Positions 9,469 through 20,000 of a DNA stretch of 20,000 bases are shown one piece after another. The DNA lies in assembly GCA_008632985.1 (NCBI GenBank), contig QPGO01000290.1:47236-67235 (forward strand), written 5' to 3'. Below the pieces are notes generated by a model. The model saw only the letters and a list, made by a program, of their open reading frames with translations, ran no database searches and was not told the origin of the DNA. The position numbers and the translations under genes were made by a program. Origin of the DNA: Psammoneis japonica. Its lineage: Eukaryota. Within the stretch, counting starts at the first letter, position 1, and every line of letters begins with the position of its first letter.

Positions 9469-11007
9469 TTTTTTAAAATAGAAGATTAAGGAAGCCTATG
9501 TAGAGCGGAAGGTAACAGCAGAGGGAGGCACGGAGGAAGCTGTAGAGACGGTAGAGTAAAAAGGTCGATGGACGCAAGACGAAGGGCGTTTTGTGGAAGG
9601 TATGGGTGAGGAGGGGGCAGGGAGAGAGGAGGTGAATCGGAGGATGTGCGTAGAAAGGTGAAGAAAACGTTGTAGCCAAGAGTTTGGGTGGCCCACTGGG
9701 ATGGGGTGGCTGTACGGTAGGTGTTTCCAAAGCGATCGGCGGACAGGCGACGCCATGCGGAGTCAGCAGAGGGAAGGATTGCAGACGGAGATGACAAAGC
9801 GTAGAGGAAGGCGGAGTAGGAGGCATCGGAGTGACGAAGGTCAGAGGAAGAGGACCAGGGTGGCTTGGGCTGAGAGCAAATAGAGGGGGATGTAGAACCA
9901 AAGAGCAAGCGGTGGGCAAAGTAGCCGAGACCACCAAGGTGATCTACAGTGAAGGGGAGCAGAAAGATGCCATTGTTGTCAAGCGAAGAAACAACAAGGG
10001 ATCCATCGGCAGAGGAAGTAGAGGGGCCAAGAAACTTCAATCTCGCGCTCGAGTGGTGTGCCTCAGTTAAGATGGGAGAAGAGGGGGCAGGCAGACCTGG
10101 AGGAGGGCGAGAGGAAGCTTGAGGGACGGTGACATCCACTGCAATGCAGTGATGGCGGGAGGGAGCGGAAAGGGAGGCGGGAGGGGGGATTGAAATGCCG
10201 ACATCGGTGGGACGGAGAAGCGGGCGGGTGGGGAGTAGGTTGGTGGGTTCAAGATGAACGTTGTTGGGGGATCGACAGAACTCAGCAAGAGGGCCCAAAG
10301 TTTGGGCTGGGATGAAAACAGTGTCACGGAGACCATTGGAAAGCTTGGACTTGTGAGCACGGCGGCAAGAAAAGGCATGATCACCGCAGGCATCCAGAAT
10401 GGCATGGCCACAGGGACAGGGAGTGTTGACAAGGGACGGAGGAAGGATGGGGAGACGAAGCTTACGAAGGGCGGCAATGGCGCAGGCGTCCGAAGAAAGG
10501 CGGGAGCTTGGAAAGCGACGAGAGAAGGAATGAAGAGGGAGGCTTGTGAGCGGAGACAGCAATGAAGGGAGCGAAGATTGCACGTCGTAAGATGAGTTAG
10601 CAAGGATGGAGGTCACTGCTTGTTGCTGATGTTCATGGTAGAGACGACGGGCCAGACCGGGGAGAGTGGCCGATTTAACCAGGGCAGCCAAGGAAGAAGA
10701 GGAAAGGGTGGAGGCGGAAGCCAGAACGGGAGCACAACGGCGGAAGAGCGCACAGAGTCGCAGGGAAGAGCAAGGGTTGGACCAGGAAGACAGGGAGAGC
10801 CGAAAGCAGCGCGGAAGGGAAACAGAAGCGCCAGATGGCAGGCTGACACCGTGCGAAGCAAAGCGGAACGAGCGGAGAAGCGACACCAAGAAGGAAGGAA
10901 TGGCGGCAGCTGTTGGGTCCCGGAGACCAAACCCGCCTGAGGAGGCAGGAAGGAAGGCGATGGCAATGGAGTGGTCGGGAAAAGGAGCGGCGAAGGAAGT
11001 GACGTAG
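9469..11007 (-). mobile_element. 5'-truncated non-LTR retrotransposon, CRE-like with restriction-like endonuclease (RT core missing)
   Basis: Post-RT motif LPASSGGFGLRD; RKLRLP followed by CCHC knuckle CPCGHAILDACGDHAFSC; LRD...EP...RPTD...AVDVTV...K...LLPFTVDHLGGLG endonuclease motifs. Stop at 9486, then a short A6 tract (9474-9469). Strong purine/pyrimidine strand skew. The 5' end is approximate. Confidence 0.82.
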
Positions 11008-11056
11008 TGTTTTCTTGTCAATTTTGAATTTTGTGAGTGGTGAGGTGGCAGGTGAG

Positions 11057-11155
11057 GCGAAAAAGATCGGTCGGAGGAAGACGAGAACGGACAGACTTGA
11101 GCAGAATTCTCCGCACGTGCCGCACTCGTGTCGGAGGGGGGATTTTGGAATTTTC
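11057..11155 (+). repeat. Diverged ~100-bp direct repeat, copy A
   Basis: gcgaaaaagatc-ggtcggaggaagac-gagaacggacagacttgagcagaattct...gtcggaggg-ggatttt aligns with 15536-15636. Confidence 0.8.
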
Positions 11156-12083
11156 GCCATCTGCGTTGAAGGTTGAAGGTGCACATGTCGACAATGTTGC
11201 CTGCTGCGTTGACAAACTGGACGTCATCCATGGGCAAACGGATGAAGAACATGACAGAGGGGTTGGTGACAGTGTTGTCCAGCTGATGGAGGTTGATGAT
11301 GCCTTGCATTTTTGCACACATGACATGATTGGGATGGAGACATGGTCAGCCACCGCACCATCATCCTGGATTGGTTTGAGGATGCGCCATTGTTGTCAAG
11401 GCAGTCTGGGATGATGGCTCCAGTGGCATCATGGTGTGTCATGATGGCAAGATTCACAGGATCCTTGAGGGACTGGTGACCTGCACTCTTCCATTCAGCA
11501 GCAATCTTGACTTCAACAAGGCTGGTTTGACTGGCGAGAGTGCCCACGATGGCAAGGCAGTCCCCGTGGGGGACAGCCCAGATGTGTTGATGACTGCACT
11601 CTTGTTGACATTGAATGCAAGGCAGTGCTTGGCATCAGCCATGTCTGTGGCAATGTGAGGGCAGACACTCTCAAGGTGATGCAATTGTGCGCGCAGGTGT
11701 GATGCGCTTCTTCGGGATGAAGGTCTTGGACAGAGGGTTGGCCAGATGCTTGTCGGTGGACAATGGTTTGGCACATTTGACAGGGGCTGGGGATTCACTG
11801 TGTTGGGTGAAAAGGTCTTGCAGATTGTGGATGTGTTTGTCGAATGGTCGAAGCATCGCTTGAAAGTGGAGCAGTGTGAAAAGCGAATGATTCTCAAAAT
11901 TTTGAACTGCTTCTCCTGTCGTGGTGAGCCGAAAAGTGGCGAGTGAAAGGAGAGACCATTGGCAATTGGCAATTTTCCCAATGGACAAATGGTCAAGCAG
12001 TGCCAGCTTGCATGAGCTGCACCATGTGCTGCTTTTGTGCACCGCGATCCGGAGAGATGATGCAAGCACCATTGCTTGAGACC

Positions 12084-14159
12084 ATGATGGCAGCTGGGAC
12101 GACCAACAGTGACAAGTGGCTTGCTCTAAACAAGGGTCGTGTTCAAGAAAAAGCAGGAGGAGACAAGTGGGAGGAGGAGCTTTGGACAGATTTCATTGAG
12201 GAAGCATTGTGGTCCCTGCTGCACGAGAATGATGTCATTGATGGAGACACGATTCGCACCGCCGAGGGCCTTGTCAAGTGCTGAGTGCAAACCAAGAAGC
12301 ATCTGATTGCAATGGCCAGAAAGCCTCCCAACAGAAAGCAGCTCTATGAAGCATTTAAGGGGGAAGATGTGCCTCTCATCATCTGTGCTGTGTTGTTTGA
12401 TGAGTGCGTCCATGTGAGTCGAGATGGTGAGTCTGAACTGTTTCTTGCACTTCTGTGTCCCAAACCAACACTTCTTGTCAGTGGTGTCAGAAAACATGTT
12501 TTGTTGTTAGATGTTTAAGTCTGGACTGTTGCTCACAGCCGGTGGCATTGCATGTGTGAGTCAAACATGCGGCATCAAGGTTTGGACCTCTTCTCACTCC
12601 TTCATCTTTTCACTGCTTCGCTGCAGAAAGAGAGCACCCCACTGTGTTTTCAAGCGATTGCCACTCCATCTGCACAAACTTGTGCACAAAAATGTCCCCA
12701 CTGGCAACTCTAATGCACCACGCATCCATCAAGATCTTGAAGACTTTCCAATGGACAAACTCAAGCCTCTGCAATTGGAAGAGTGTGTCAAAGATCTGTT
12801 CAAAAGAAGACACCAAGAGGAAGAAATGGGTCAAGGAAAGGTCAGTTGCTCCTGAGAAAGACAGGCACAAGATCACTGTGATCACCTTGTCACAAACATG
12901 ATCAAATCTTGCAAATGTGACCTTCACACAGACAAAGAGGCGTCTCTCAATGGTTTGAAAGTGGATGTCGAGATGCTTCGCAATTGGTTCGACACTGTTT
13001 GTGGAACGATGGAGGTGAAACAGCCGAAAAGAAAGAACATCGTGCCCCCCAGACCCAGACCCAATGAACCATCCAAAGGTCATAACTCAGGTTGCATCTC
13101 AGATGACACCACTCCACACAATGTGCGGCACTTGCCAAAATGTTTGCGGGATTCTTTCCACCTGCTCTTCTTGGCATTTTTTCAGATGGGCACCAGCGAA
13201 AGAGGACATTGGGCAACTGGAGGACAAAACTGGGCAGATGCCACAGGACCTTCACTTGTTGGAGCCACACAACAAAAACTCATTGAAAGGTGATTGTGAC
13301 AAATTTTGAACACCACAGAAACCAAGGTCATTGTTGGAGGTTGGAAATGATCATAAATCTCCTTCCATGTTTCCCAAACCGCATGTTGACTTGGGCAAAT
13401 GTGAGGAGGAGGGGAAGTCGAAGAATTGGATGATTCTGCCAAGGCAAATAAACAGGGAACATTGCATGCATCTGATGTCATTTCGGATGGGGCGCTTGTG
13501 CTGAGAATGCCAGCTTGGGTGTGTTGGGAGAAATGGCACGATCACCAGTCAAGCGGCTGCCAGCTCATGAGCATGATTTTCTCTGTGTTGTGAAAAAGGG
13601 TGATGCTTTGGGTGGCCATGAAAAGCTCAAGCATGACCTCAATTTCTACAAAGGGTGAATGCCGAACTCCAGGAATGAAAAACTGCATGTGCTGGAGGAG
13701 CTGGGTCACTGGCATCATGGCCATGTGCATTGTGCAATGAGCAGAAATGGCAATCTTTGTGTGCTGAAGCACTTTGTCAAGGGTCAGCATGCCACACTGT
13801 CAAATGGCAAAAGAAAAGCAATTGATGATTCAGAAGCCACTGCAAGCAAATCGGTCAAACACTGGAACACAGCCTGTGACAACTGGCTTCCTCATGTGTC
13901 AGCTGGAAAATGAGGTGGTGGCAATGCCATCATCATGCCAGACTTGGAGAAAATGTCAGCACAGCATGAACCTGAGAAGGTTTTGCCCATGCTTGGACAG
14001 ACTGTGAAAAAGAGATTCCATGACAAGGGCATTTGGCATGGGGGTGCCGCTTGGCGAAATGTCACATTGGCCAGGAACGCAAAAGGCAACATGACAAAAG
14101 TTTGCATGACAGATTTAGAGCCGCAAGGAATGATCAATCAAGTTGAAATCTCGAAGTGA
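12084..14159 (+). pseudogene. Decayed header + PD-(D/E)XK nuclease-like + protein-kinase-like gene (Crinkler-type REase-kinase architecture)
   Basis: Nuclease-like EASLNGLKVDV...CGTMEVKQP, then KVITQVASQM...GILSTCSSWHFFRW. Kinase-like VLEELGHWHHGHVHCAM...CVLKHF...GK*GGGNAIIMP...FHDKGIWHGGAAWRNV...VCMTDLE (13659-14159 in one frame with an internal TGA at 13911). Candidate introns at 12414-12510 and 12556-12626 (GTGAGT...AG). The 5' exon assignment is tentative. Confidence 0.65.
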
Positions 14160-15535
14160 TGGGACTTCAAAAACATGTGGACAGACTTCAAACGGAACCT
14201 TCAAAGTAATTGGGAGCAATTCAAGGCGGCTGAAGGTGTGCAATGAACTGCGCAGGCTCCTTTCTTGGCTTGTTGCATCACCATTCTATCCATCCAGCTT
14301 TTAAAAAAACTTTGAACTGTGCTGTTCCACTTCTTGAGTTTTCTTTTGTCAACAAACTGTTCTGTTCTGCGCTCTGTGGATTCTGAGATGTTGACGCTTG
14401 GTGCCCGACAAACCAACACATGGGGGTCATCACGGTCTTCCCGTTTGTGTTCCCTCCCACCCAACAGAGGTTTGGCCAGCCATTGGGGCACTGCAAGCCT
14501 TGGCACAGTCAATGGAATGTCCAATTCTGTTGCAATGATTACAATGACTGCTGCAGTGTGGCCCATTTCTTTGCCCCCATCAGCACTCCAAAAGTCAAAC
14601 TCTGTCGCCAACAAGCAAGGAACAACCACCCACTCACTGCAGCACCATTGCAACAACCAACAATGATCAGTGGGATTCTCAGAACATTCCAGTGATGCCA
14701 TCAAGACCACACAAAATGTTTTTCACACACCCGTGCCCACTCTCAAAAAGGAGAACAGCCACACATCAACGTTGACGGCATGCCATGCAGAAGTTTTGGC
14801 TCCTGGAAGTCTTGCAACCACTCGGTGAGAATGCAGCATGGGCCATTTTTCTTTTTCTGCAGTGAAAAAACACACTTGGCAATGACAGTGAAGGGGTGAG
14901 AGCCACCGCCACTGGCAACCCATGGGGCAACATGAGGAGCATCACTGAGAAAGAACCCAACACCCACAACATTGGGCATGATCAGCGTGGCACATTCTCT
15001 GGCAACCACAAATGGTGCTTGTGACCCAGTCATGCCACAATGGGGCAACAGTGGGCAGAAAACTTGGTCAGGGAACAGAAGCAACATGTGAAAGAAGTGG
15101 TGCTTGACAAGCAGGGTGTTTCCCCTGTTGCTGACCCCCTCTTCTGTCCCTGATGGGGTGCAACAAAAAAGCAGCACAGCCCTGAGGACACAGAGAAACT
15201 TGTCACAGCTGAAAGAGCAGTTTGTGAGCAAAATGCAGCACATGGGAAAAATGAAGCACCTTCATTGGACAGGAAGAAGCACAGGAGTGTCTTTTGGCAG
15301 AGGAGAGACACACAACACAGAGGAGCACAGAAATTTCAAAAAACAATTGGAGAAAACTTGCCACTGGTGCATTGAAAGAGACACTGTGCATGAGGGATGC
15401 AGTGCAAGACATCACTGCAGGAGTGAGTTTCAAAGAGGTCAGGCCACTGCCGAAGGCACCTCCTGGGGTCAAATGTCTTGTTGAGAAAACCAATGTTGAG
15501 CACAACCTGCAGCGGGTGAACGCATTTTTTGTGTC

Positions 15536-15636
15536 GCGAAAAAGATCGGGTCGGAGAAAGACGGAGAATGGACAGACTCGCGTAGAAATCTACATCATCC
15601 TCCGTAAGTCTCGTCGGAGGGAGGATTTTCGATTTC
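15536..15636 (+). repeat. Diverged ~100-bp direct repeat, copy B
   Basis: gcgaaaaagatcgggtcggagaaagacggagaatggacagactcgcgtagaaatct...gtcggagggaggatttt; same orientation as 11057-11155. Confidence 0.8.
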
Positions 15637-15739
15637 AGAAAAATTTCAGTGGCGAGCAGGAGTGCACTGTTTCCATGTTTCGACGCAACTGCGTTTGACA
15701 ATAAGAACGTATTGTTGATTCGAAAAAACAAACAACAGT

Positions 15740-18700
15740 ATGCAAGAACAACGCGTTTCGTTGGAGATGGTCCATCATGGTGCTGCCGCGTCGTCGTCGG
15801 CTCATTCGGTAGTGTGGATTCCATCATCAGACGACCATAATAATTCCTTGGTTGTGTACTCGTCTCACGGACTGTTGAATATAGCCACGCTCGAAACCGT
15901 AGTGCTAGGCACACAACAACAAGAGGTTTGGAACACGACTACCAGTCTGTGTACAGCGACGGTTGGGAGTGATGTTAGTACGAAACGGGTAATTTCCTGC
16001 TTGGCCCATGTGCGTCCGGCAGTCCAGAATTCTTCCAATCATGTATGCATCGCGACTGGCTTTTCCGACGGCACGGTGAACACTTGGACAAAGCAGCAAG
16101 ACAATCAAGACGATTGGAAAGAACATGTCGTGGTACAACCACCATCTGAAAAAAATGGACAACACGCCATTACAGACATGGATGGACTCCTGATGAATGA
16201 CAATGTCGTTTTTCTGGTTACTTGTTCGTCGGACGGTGCCTTCTTGTTGCAACAACATGGAAACAAAGAAGAACCAAAGAGACTGGCATCCTTTTGCGCC
16301 AATACGGTTCGACTCGAACAAATGGTGTCGTTGGATAAAATTATAATTTTGGTGGGAACCGCTCATCCGCGACACAACAAAATTCACGTGTACACCATGA
16401 ACTGCAGCAGTACTGGCAGTGATGATGTTCACCATTGTGGTCATTTGAGTGGACATCAAGATTGGATCACGTGCTTGGATTGGAACATGAATGAAAAAAC
16501 AATTCCCATGCTGGCCAGTGGTAGTCAGGATGCTAAAATTCGCTTGTGGCGATTTACAACCGTCTCCACCACGAGCAGTTCGTCCAATCATCAAGAGGAT
16601 GTTTTGCCCACTGTTTCGGATGATGAGGATAGTGATCTTGACTCTCTTTCCGATGACAATGACGAAGGCGAGGCTCGATTGGAAATCCTGAATGAAAAGT
16701 CCATAACAAGTGTTACACTGGAAGCCCTTCTTCTGGGCCACGAGGAATCCGTCACGTCTGTCCATTGGCATCCCAACCCACAACGTTACTACGGACAAGC
16801 TCACATTTTGATGAGCAGCAGCATGGACCGAACCATTTTGATTTGGGGACCCACCAGTGATGCTGGTGGAGTTTGGACGCCATTGACACGAGTGGGAAGT
16901 GCGGGAGGTATTCTCGGTGGATCCATTGGTTCATCGCTGCTGGGATTTGTCAATTGTCAAGTGGAACCCGTGCGAGGATCACGACTCTTGGGTCATGCGT
17001 ACGGAGGGGCTTTGCATTTTTGGTCTCTTGAAAGTAGTAGCCATGACAAAGAATCATGTATTACTCTTTCCATGGATGAAATGGCGGCTCAAAACAAGTG
17101 GAAGGCGACGCCCTGCCTGACTGGCCATTTTGAAGGTGTCACGGACCTTTGCTGGGAAGCGGAATCCGGCGACTATCTCTTGACGGTCAGCATGGACCAA
17201 ACGTGCCGTTTATGGGGTACTGTTTCAACGACTTCCAAAAAGGATGTATGGATCGAGCTGGCTCGACCACAGGTACACGGATACGATCTAAATGCCATTG
17301 CATCCGTTTCTACCGTACAACACAAGCATTTGATGGCCAGCGGTGCGGATGAGAAGGAATTGCGTGTCTTTGACGCTCCTCTCACCACGACAAATATTCT
17401 ACGAGCTGCGAGTGGTATTGTTGATGATTCGAATGTAGAATCGGGAGACTCATCGCGTGTCGAGCGTGCTTACATTCCCTCGTTGGGTCTCAGCAACAAG
17501 GCGACGGCTGTCGAGAGTGCCGAAGAAGACACGGGTGGTATTGACGACAATGGCTCATCCTCCCAAGACAAATCCTTCCATTTGCCTCTGGAACGGGATT
17601 TGGGCGTCATGTCCTTGTGGCCAGAGGTTCGCAAACTTTTTGGGCACAATACGGAATTATTCTGCCTTGCTTCGACAGTGTCCGCTCGGTCTGGTGCGAA
17701 ATACTCGTCTAGTCCCTTTGCCGAGATGTTCTTGTTGCGTCCTCGGCCAAAGCAAGAGATGTGAAGCGGCCTCGATTCGAATTTGGGATATTGAAAAAGG
17801 AACGTGCGTTCAGGTTCTAAAGGTAAGATACATCACTTATGATCGAGCGTTGTCCTGTGGTAAGAGTGGTGTTACCAATCGCTCCTTTGCATGCATCTCT
17901 TCTGATTACAGGGCGGGCATCGATCAACCGTGGCTACGTTGAGCTTCTCGCCTGATGGAAGATATTTGGTAAGATTAGATTAGCGCCTGCAAATGTCATG
18001 ACGTTTGGTGTTCTAACTTGCGCGAACCTTCCTTGTATAGGCGTCATCCGGCAAAGACCGTCGGCTTTGTTTGTGGAAAAGGGACGAGCCTAGACTGGAT
18101 TGCCCTCCATCATTTTCACTCGCAAGTGCAATCGATTCCGCTCACAAACGAATCATTTGGAGTGTTCATTTTTGTCCGCACGACCCTTGTATTTTGCGTC
18201 GGGGTCTAGGGACGGTTGCGTCAAGATTTGGAAGGTGACCGAGGCTCCAAGTCAAGATGATGACGGAGCGAAAACGACACAATTGAAGACGTTGAACAGG
18301 TGAGATACCGTAGCAACTGATGAATTGACTAGCTATGCGCCCGTATCCGTGTATCACTCATGTGATTGTTTCTGTCTCCAGCTTTGAGCCAGAAACGAAA
18401 ATTGGCAAAAGGGCGGATTCAGTGACGGCATTGTCGTTTGCTCCTTGGCTAGTAACTACGTCGGCCAATAAGAGCTGTGCAGTCCTTGCTCTTGGACTAG
18501 AAAGTGGTATTATTGAATTGTGGTCCGTGCCACTGTCAGACAAGAGTGTCGGGGAAGGAAAACCTGTGGTTTGTCGGAACATCCTCTGTACTCCTCGACA
18601 TGAATCTCATTGCGCCACAATAACCAAGCTTGCATGGAAACCAATCAACAACAGGGAAGACAACGATGGAAAGTCACAAAGGATTCCGCCATGCTTCTTG

Positions 18701-18753
18701 CAAGCGCCTCAGCTGATCACGGGTGCAGGTTGTGGCGAATGGCATTTAGCTAG
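15740..18753 (+). CDS. ELP2: Elongator complex protein 2 (WD40); exons 15740-17822, 17912-17968, 18041-18299, 18382-18753; four apparent 1-nt frameshifts
   Basis: ELP2 motifs LSGHQDWITCLDW, LASGSQDAKIRLW, LEALLLGHEESV, SSSMDRT, ELARPQVHGYDL, SGADEKELRVFDAP, IPSLGLSNKA, LWPEVRKLFGH, GHRSTVATLSFSPDGRYL, AHKRIIWS, ASGSRDGCVKIW, LASASADHGCRLW. Three GT-AG introns of 89, 72 and 82 nt. Confidence 0.93.
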
Positions 18754-18916
18754 TTGTTGCTACTACAGATAGTCATATGCTACGCTGCATACCCGATACC
18801 GTCGTGACAATGCGAACTTGGAACCGCTCACGAATGAAACTCTAGCTGCCACAGCGTAGAGTACGTTAACTTTAAACTACACTATGAAAGCTTCTTCGTA
18901 GGTGATTATTAATAAC

Positions 18917-20000
18917 TCAGACATGCCAAAGAAAGGTCGGTTTTTGCCTCACGAAAAAATACAGCTCGGAGAGATCGTCGATTCTTGCTAGTTCTTCATA
19001 CCATAGGTTCGATTCCTCGCTCTCCAGCAGCAGTTTCTTTTTGCCGCTCCGATTCAGCCGCAGAAGAAAGGAAAGGTAGGGGCTTACAATCATTTCAGGT
19101 TGTTCCACAATGGCATGGTTTCCTTCTAGCATGTCTAGAACCATTTCATAGCATTCCGATGCGTCTTGTCCATCAACGCCCTCAAAATCAAAGGGAATAT
19201 TCTGCAGTTTTTTGTTGGATTTGAGCTTCTGACAAAAGGATCTGACTCCTACATGAGAAATATTTTTATTGTCAGTAAGATCAAGGTGGATAAGCCCGCT
19301 ATCTTCTTTCTCAAGGACACGAGCAAACGCTCCGGCGGTTTCATCACCGCAGTTATTTAAACTGAGGCAGATCTTCTCCAAAAAGGAATTGAGAAGCAGT
19401 GCTCGAGCAAGTGCCACCCTCCTTCGTCACCAAAACCGCATTGCATCAAGTCTATTCCTTAAGTGTTTGGGTTTCTGACAGTGTTTCTGCAATAGCCATG
19501 ATGCCACGATCCCCAATGTTAGTGCTGCCGTGGAGGCGAAGTATTTCAACCGACGAACCTGCACGAAGACTATTCGCAAGGGCAATGGCACCATCATCAC
19601 CAATCGGACAACTATAAAGTGTCAAGGACGTCAACGTTTGATTGTATAGCAGGCTTGTGGCGAGCTCTTTTGCACCTTCGTGATCAACAAAGTCCAGTCG
19701 CAAGTCTTTGATTGTTCGATTCGATGTCACCAAATCACAAAGAGCGGATGTGCAAGTCTCCTGTCTGTATCAGACCACTGCCATTCTTCAACATTTTCAA
19801 GATTCTGCGCCCTGATAAATGGCCTTTCTTTCCCAACTTCAAGAACCTGAATGGAGGAATTGCACTCCCGCAAGCTATTCAAAATATTCACCACACAATA
19901 TGATTCGAGGTGGCATTGATAGAGTATGAGCGTTGTGGGGACCAGCCGTTCCGGATGCTCCTTGCAATGGAATTTGCACCCTGCTCACCGATCGAGCAAC
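18917..20000 (-). CDS. RNI-like leucine-rich-repeat protein, 5'-partial, with several apparent frameshifts
   Basis: Repeats such as CSIGEQGANSIA, LTSLTLYSCPIGDDGAIALANSL, LRLHGSTNIGDRGIMAIAETL, LIHLDLTDNKNISHVGV. The C-terminal LRLNRSGKKKLL...LYFFVRQKP resembles expanded diatom LRR families. Confidence 0.8.

Larger units (their letters stand above)
11008..15582. other. TpA-depleted, TpG/CpA-rich hypermutated domain 2
   Basis: Hand count of about 15 TA in ~4.55 kb, with none in 11008-12126 or 14542-15582. The core is CpG-poor and all frames are rich in Cys/His and nearly devoid of Tyr. Confidence 0.9.

Noticed and set aside
9440..11060. Target-site duplication around the CRE-like element
   Set aside because: Only a weak ggtgagg match on either side, too short to support a TSD.
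9486..11321. 611-aa ORF as a single gene
   Set aside because: It is chimeric. Only ~11007-9486 has retroelement motifs, and the N-terminal ~100 codons run through repeat A and TA-free DNA that lacks TAA/TAG stops.
11200..15700. Numerous overlapping Cys/His-rich ORFs, suggestive of metal-binding proteins
   Set aside because: An artefact of composition: TA loss removes two stop codons and TG/CA excess inflates Cys, His and Met. The same applies to ORFs in 1-3300.
15905..16804. 299-aa minus-strand ORF
   Set aside because: Antisense shadow of ELP2 with no recognisable motifs.

Overview
Eukaryotic genomic DNA, most likely from a diatom or related stramenopile (compact genes, 70-90 nt GT-AG introns, diatom-style RNI-like LRR gene). 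Ordinary genes: a mitochondrial citrate/tricarboxylate-type carrier (-), a TLDc-domain protein (+), a JmjC/cupin oxygenase (-), Elongator subunit ELP2 (+) and a partial LRR protein (-). Accessory DNA: a 5'-truncated CRE-like non-LTR retrotransposon, a larB/cpmA-like pseudogene, a decayed PD-(D/E)XK nuclease + kinase (Crinkler-type) gene, a 31-bp tandem repeat and a diverged ~100-bp direct repeat pair. The main signal is two multi-kb domains (1-~3300 and ~11010-15580) that have lost almost all TpA dinucleotides (hand count ~2-3 per kb, versus ~25-65 per kb in the normal stretches counted). Their cores are also CpG-poor and TpG/CpA-rich. Conserved Tyr codons in the embedded pseudogenes now read Cys/His, which points to a domain-restricted TpA->TpG/CpA (A:T->G:C) hypermutation process, the opposite direction to fungal RIP. 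All counts are by eye and family assignments come from remembered motifs, not database searches.
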